A DNA stretch of 53,729 nucleotides, filler included, from Catajapyx aquilonaris (lineage: Eukaryota), in NCBI GenBank assembly GCA_000934665.2. It is 3 parts of 3 records of this genome, joined end to end, with 100 filler letters (N's around TTAATTAATTAA, not from the genome) between each part and the next. Parts side by side here need not be neighbours in the genome. Positions count along the whole stretch, not along the records: positions 35,938 to 53,729 come from JYFJ02006857.1; 2 more parts are not named here. The stretch is one strand, 5' to 3'. The translations under genes and the position numbers were made by a program. Below are positions 47,810 to 53,729 of this stretch, in pieces. The notes beneath the pieces are model-generated. The model did not search any database. It worked only from the letters and a program-made list of their open reading frames with translations, and had not been told where the DNA came from. Each line of letters starts with the position of its first letter. The stretch's first letter is position 1.

Positions 47810-50692
47810 AAAATAATACAGTAGGTACCCGTTTTACACCCCTCCATTTTACGCCGTTCTACATTAACGCCGGTTTGAAAATGACATCATCAAATTTTTA
47901 AATTGAAAAATTGTGATGACGTGGAAATTATGATAGCTTGCTGGTTGTGAAGTGGCCAAGAAAGATTTCCATGCGGGAAGTACCCGTTTTACGCCGCTCC
48001 ATTTTACGCCGTTTCGCATTAACCCCGGTTTTAAAATTACATTTGAAAATTTATTATTAGAATTTAAAAAATATATATTTGATGACAACACAATCTGAAC
48101 ATGAAGGCATGACTCCAACACTTCTGAGACCAAACACACGAACGTATACCTGCTCTTCTTTCCTCTGCGTTTCCTGGTGCCTTGTGGCTGGTTCTATCGA
48201 TATGCACTGTGCAGTGCTGTATTGTTCGGTATTGTTGATCTCGGCACTCCCCGAAGTACACTACTCCAACCGTTAATTATTGTTACAATACCCTACGTGT
48301 CACGGGGGTAATCACTCGACTGAAAAGTGTACACTGGACTGACTGGAGTACCAAATTCAAGGAGTACCAAGGAGTAATAAAGAGTGAGGTGCCTGAGGAG
48401 TACCAGGGAGTACCACTCCCAGGTGTACACCGGAGTACCGAAGTGATTACCCCCTTGCTATTACGTGTACTGCAATTATTATTCTTGCCAACCTGCCCGT
48501 TGCTCTATTGTTTTCATTGTTGAATATTCAATGTTGATTATTGTTGTAGAACATGAGTGAGAGAGGCAGATCCATCATTTGGGCTTGAATTATTGAATTA
48601 TTTGGGACAAAAAGGGGACAAATCGAAACTCACTTCACACAAACTCGGGCCACACTCAAAAATATTCACTCCAAACACACATCAATACCTATGTCGGACT
48701 ATAACTAAGAACCAACTGTGACGAAAGCCCGAGTGAGCCGGCAGGTAATGCACGGAGTGAATTGAGGATGAGTAGCTAGGGGGGGTGTCCTTTGGCAACA
48801 CACCTGTGCCGACCCCAAGCAGAGACCTGCACCAGTTATGGAAGCGAACTGCTCTTGTCTGTGCCCTGGAACCAACGGGCCATTCGAATGAGGATGTTTG
48901 TTGACCCTGCTGCTGCTGTTGACTACTCCTTGGTTGTCCTGGGCAACCTGCCAGAAGTTCAATTGTTTCAATTTGGGAGGGGGGATTCGATTCAGAACGC
49001 GTGGGACGAAGGAGAATCCTTACTTCTGGTTGTTTACAGCTCTGTAGGGTCATGGAAACAGATGGAACAACAATGGTAAAGGGAAAAACCCGAATTTTTG
49101 GGGGGAGGGCTTTTTATACTCGACGAAATGCGGTGTTTGGACTTTTCCCGGGGTCAGTGATATATAAGACATGGCTGTGAGAAATCTGAGCGCTCTCCGT
49201 ACCCGGGAAGTGGCTTAATTAGGCGTGATAAATAAATGTACAAATTTTGAGCTTTATATATATGGGGATTTACAAGCATTCCAGCTACGTGATTTATTAT
49301 GCACTTGTAATGGAATGACTCATTAGCCAAACTTAGGCACAACATCTCGTGCACAAGAATTTCATAGAATTTAGTCATTTAGAATAAAAATTTCCGAGAT
49401 CCATATTGAATGGTGCAATGAAATCAAGTCGATCCAGCCCAGTACTGTACGTATGTCCTTCCTATGCTGTGTCAATAAATACGGCAATCATGACGGCAAT
49501 TGACAGGTGCTTCATTATTATGAGAGCGCCAATATGGGGCCACTAGCACGCACTTACAGTATTCAACTAGAAAATTTCTTAACAATTAAAACTATTTAAA
49601 AAATGGGCAGAGAGCAGAAATGCTCGGAGGTCATAAGACAAGACATGGAGTTGGACGGTCAAACTGCAATATCTCTCATATTAGAGGCTATCATTTGAAA
49701 GGAGCGCCAATATTGCCTTCCAGAGACGACGCTGATTCTACGCGATTTTTGGGCGGGGGCGAAGTACTCATCCCCGTCCTCCCCGTCCCACCCTCCCACG
49801 CTCTCCCTGCTCTCCCTGCTCCCCCTGCTCCCCCGTCCGTTACCTATGCTTAGCTTAGTATGCCAGCTTTTCTGCGTCGCAGCGTTTTTGCCGATACGTT
49901 TTCGCGAGTAAGCAGTGATACGCCTCCCCATCCAAACCGGGCCCGAGACACATGTCTGGTCATTTAATTCCGGCCAATTTGGACCACCCGCTGCCTGAAG
50001 TCATGAACGGGAACTATAAGACCCTTGGAGTCATAATCTGACACATCTGTACGTCATGACACTGCAGACTAAAAATCGCTACTTGTAGCTTATAGTAGCA
50101 GCTGGCAGCTACATAGCTTTAGAAAGAGTTAAAATAAGTGCTACGTTAATTTTGGCCTGGGATTAGTGGTGGTTAGCATCATCGGGCGATCGGCTGAGGA
50201 GAGCCGCAAAGAACGCCAGTAGGGGACTAGGGGCATGAGCTGGTTTCTTGTCTGTCTGTCCACCCGCTGGCTCTCCCGCCCCTGGGGGAGAGGCGGGAGG
50301 AAGACAGCAAGGGACCAACCCATGCTCCTAGCCGGTCAGCGGCCTCCGAAGCGCCGGTTGATAGCCCCTAGCGCCGCAGCTAGTCAGGTAAAGTTTGTCG
50401 ATTGCTCCTATGAGAGGGAGGGAGAACCGGCGTCTATTGGGCGCACAAAAGGGTTCTTGTTTTTAAAATGCCGGGGCGTGCTTGATAGTCCCCTTCCCCT
50501 GCGCTTCAAGCAGTATTGCTATAATTACACTAAACAGAAAGTGCTACTGTTGTGCATGTAGCTGGCAGATTATTAGATACGAGACTATAAGACATGTCAC
50601 GAATTAGTATCTTGTTAATACTGATTCTGTCGAGGCATAGTTGATGACCACCTCCAACATGCAAGTAGGACTTAACATTTGTGTAGCTACAT

Positions 50693-51209
50693 CAGGGCTA
50701 TTCAAGTAGTTTATGACAGGGTCCAGTATTTACATTTCCTGGGCCATTGATGGTCCGGACCCCCACCCCGGGTAAAGATATGGATTTTATATGGTACCAC
50801 AGGGTTAATTTTTGAAAATAGAAACATGTGCAGCGAGGGTAAGGGCCTTCTACCCTTGCTGCACATGTTTTCTATTAAACATATCAAGACAGGACATATG
50901 AAGACATTTTCGCCCATTTATGATGTCCTGTACAGGTGTGTAGGCAGAAAAGGGGCCCATTTCATAAGCACAGGGTGAAAAAGTCGTAGAGGGCATGGAG
51001 CCGGCTCGGCGCAGGCGAAATTTTTTTGGCATTCAAGGTCGCACAAGCTTAGGTGAATGTGGGAGATTTGAATGGGTGTGTATTTGATGAAAATGGTCTC
51101 ACTTTTTCCAAATAAATCATGAATTAGTAATTTCTAATGCTCTTTCAAACTGTCCTGTATATCGTCGCGGTCCAGATCCGGACTGCAGTCCGCCAATTGA
51201 ATAGCCCTG
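50693..51209. mobile_element. hAT-like MITE
   Basis: TIR CAGGGCTATTCAA / TTGAATAGCCCTG; degenerate 8-bp TSD AGCTACAT / GCCTACAT. The internal segment 51032-51112 also occurs at about 23306-23392. Confidence 0.7.
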
Positions 51210-51524
51210 GCCTACATGGTCATTATGGTTGAGAAGTTGGTAATTTGTATGGGAAACTAGTGCAGGCGTAGCTTGTGTGTCTTAAGGCAGCACCCTTACC
51301 TGGATCACTGGCTGCCATAACTGGAGGATGTGAAGTTTAAAAAGGCGTGTGTGACACTTCTGATTAATAGGAGTAAATAAGATTGTCAGGGTTTAAAAAG
51401 CAACCAGAAGCAATAAATGAGGCCACTTTAGTGAAAGTTGCTGAGGTAAATCCCATAAGTTGGCGAGTTTTCAGATCACTCTGATAGGTGTAGATATAGT
51501 AGTGGATCAGCAGTATCATACTGT

Positions 51525-51789
51525 ATAATAATAATGGATACCACGTGATGAGCCTCTTTGGGCTTTTTAGGGGATCATCTTTTAATTGACCTATTTTAAT
51601 CATTGCCTTTGCTGTGATGGATTTTGATAGTGGGAGGAAACAGGAGAACCCTGAGAAAACCCATGCGAACACGGAGACAACCCATCAAAACTCTATCCAC
51701 ATAAGTATTCTCCGTCCGACCCAGGGATCGAACTCGGGACCTTAGAGGTGGAAGGCTGCGGTGCTAACCACTCCGCCACCGTGTCGCCC
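51525..51789 (-). mobile_element. V-domain-like SINE family B, second copy
   Basis: Closely similar to 28721-28979 throughout; short (ATT)n tail. Confidence 0.8.
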
Positions 51790-51803
51790 TATATCATACT
51801 ATT

Positions 51804-52080
51804 ATTATTATTAATTTTTTTTTTTATTATTTCATACCCCGTGCTAGAGCCTTAGGCTCCCTTAGGGGGGTGGATTACCACCATTGGATGGGACCAGGGA
51901 TAGGGAAGGAAGGAAGCGGCTGTGGCCTATTTTTACGGAAACGACCCCGGAATTGTCCTGGAGGGGACCATGGAAAACCACAGAAAACCATGGTCAGGGT
52001 CGCCGGCCCCGGGATTCGAACCCAGGACCTTCCGATTAGAAGGCGGGCTCCTTATCCCCTACACCAACCTGCTTCGGTCC
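51804..52080 (-). mobile_element. tRNA-derived SINE family A
   Basis: Head GGACCGAAGCAGGTTGG..GGTTCGAATCCC; 14-bp TSD TATATCATACTATT (51790-51803 / 52081-52094). Confidence 0.8.
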
Positions 52081-52120
52081 TATATCATACTATTTAAAAG
52101 GCTTGGTGAGTTTTATTTAA

Positions 52121-52373
52121 ACTTGGAACCGTGACGTGCCTAAAAGTTACGGCAACAGTGACCCCATCCATATTTTTATTTTTATTAATTTTGATGTAAT
52201 ACTTTTCAATGTATCAATCATTCTTTGAACAATGCCTAAAATGATCACTAATTCAAAATAAACATGCACTTCCTGTTGTATACTTTTAAAAAATGGCAAA
52301 AGTTCATTGTAATTATTTTAATGCATTTTAATTCCTTTGGGGTCCTGAAAGACCCCGCGTCACGGTTTCAGGG
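52121..52373. mobile_element. piggyBac-like MITE
   Basis: TTAA flanks on both sides; imperfect TIR ACTTGGAACCGTGACG / CGTCACGGTTTCAGGG. Confidence 0.6.
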
Positions 52374-53729
52374 TTAATCACTGTAACCGCCAGTTTAGAT
52401 TCCTGCCACAGCATCCACCCATGAAACACTTCAGATGCTCCACCAATGATAATAATTTGATATACCCATGTTCCATGCCTGGTGAAGACCTAGTATGACC
52501 CATAGAAAAATATAACACCAATAATATGGCTGTGAAATAGCTAATGCATAGCTGCACATGGCAGAGTTGTGTTACCAAGCACTGCGACAATATTGAGGGT
52601 GCGAATTAAAACTCAGAGTGACATTATTGATTGGTCGAGAATGAGGACCAGTTTTTAGGCAGGAGGCAATTAAAATGGCATGTTTGGTACAGTAGAAATT
52701 TGTTTGTCTTGTAGGAAAACGAAAACTCATTTGGACTTTCTCAATGTGCAATAAATAATTTTCACAGGGTATGGTTTCCAGGCCTTTTACAGGGGTTTCA
52801 AAAAGTTCTAGAATCCAATTGAGCTTGTGTTTTTGTCTAGAAATTTTGCAGGCACCCTGCAAAATCAACTTCAAGAATGGCATTGAATTCGTACATAGCA
52901 TTGCAAGGCCCATTGAATGGAATTTGTTTCAGTCACTTTAAAATAAATTTCTGGTGACATGTTGTAATTTACAACTGAACAAGCAACAAAGTGAATTGAG
53001 GAAGGAAGTTTCACCATTACTCCAAGTTTAATATTGGTTTCCTTTCGTGAACACTTATCGCATGTTTGTCAAGAGTACATTTATTATAATAATTGGTTAC
53101 CCTATGATAGACCTGCGACCTCTTCAGAGACTGCATGTTAACCAAGTCATTCATTCATTACATTCATTACATTCACGGCATATTCCCAAGATGGGGTTAC
53201 CAAGTCATAAGTCATGAATATAATTTGAATTGTCAAATCATCTCATAAGTATGCTAAGGACTGAATGTCGACACCTTCAGGGGGAGAATAAGTTATGGAT
53301 TACTCCAGTTGTGCATGCACACTCCAGCTCTGCTTGAAACACATCAAGGTCTGTGAATGGGAATGCATCTTCATATCTTAACCCTTTATCTACCGCTATT
53401 CAGGATAACAAAAAAAATCGCTGTATCTCTAGTGTCAAGGTTACGATGTTGCTGCTTGAGATGTTGTCTGAATCGTTACAATATAAGATTCATCTGACAA
53501 ATATTTGGGTCATTCCATGTCAATTCACCGAGCCCCCTGACCCTTGGGTTGTCAGATTTTGACGAAAATTGGCGAATCGCTTTAATTACGTCTTTCAAAA
53601 ATACCATTTGCGCGGTTTTGAGATTTACCCCCCCTCCCCGGAGATAGGCCCACCGAAAAAACGTCATTTTCGGAAGGTAGGGTTTCAGAAATCGGTCATA
53701 TCTCGTGAACCAATTGAGCTACAGACGTC

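Noticed and set aside
48682..49079. Overlapping ORFs that might be the next kinesin exon
   Set aside because: No recognisable similarity to the expected continuation and no convincing splice sites.

Overview
Eukaryotic (metazoan, probably arthropod) draft genomic DNA with two artificial 100-nt scaffold gaps. It holds three spliced genes. (1) GARNL3 (RapGAP + CNH domains), + strand, 5'-partial, 15 coding exons from 1911 to 10826. One of its introns has minor-spliceosome (U12) signals, and the protein has a poly-His/Cys-Pro tail. (2) A divergent nuclear RNA export factor (NXF family) gene, - strand, 33571..26777, about 418 aa. It has RRM, LRR and TAP-C/UBA regions but apparently no NTF2-like domain. 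(3) A KIF28/KLP-6-like kinesin-3, + strand, about 37811..44960, continuing beyond the window, head-to-head with the NXF gene and preceded by two X-box-like motifs. Introns and intergenic DNA are full of tRNA-derived SINEs (one family with a V-SINE-like core), Helitron/Helentron-like elements, hAT/Tc1-pogo/Harbinger/piggyBac-like MITEs, long fold-back repeats, a 66-bp minisatellite and (AAT)n tracts. All family assignments come from recognised motifs; no database search was run.
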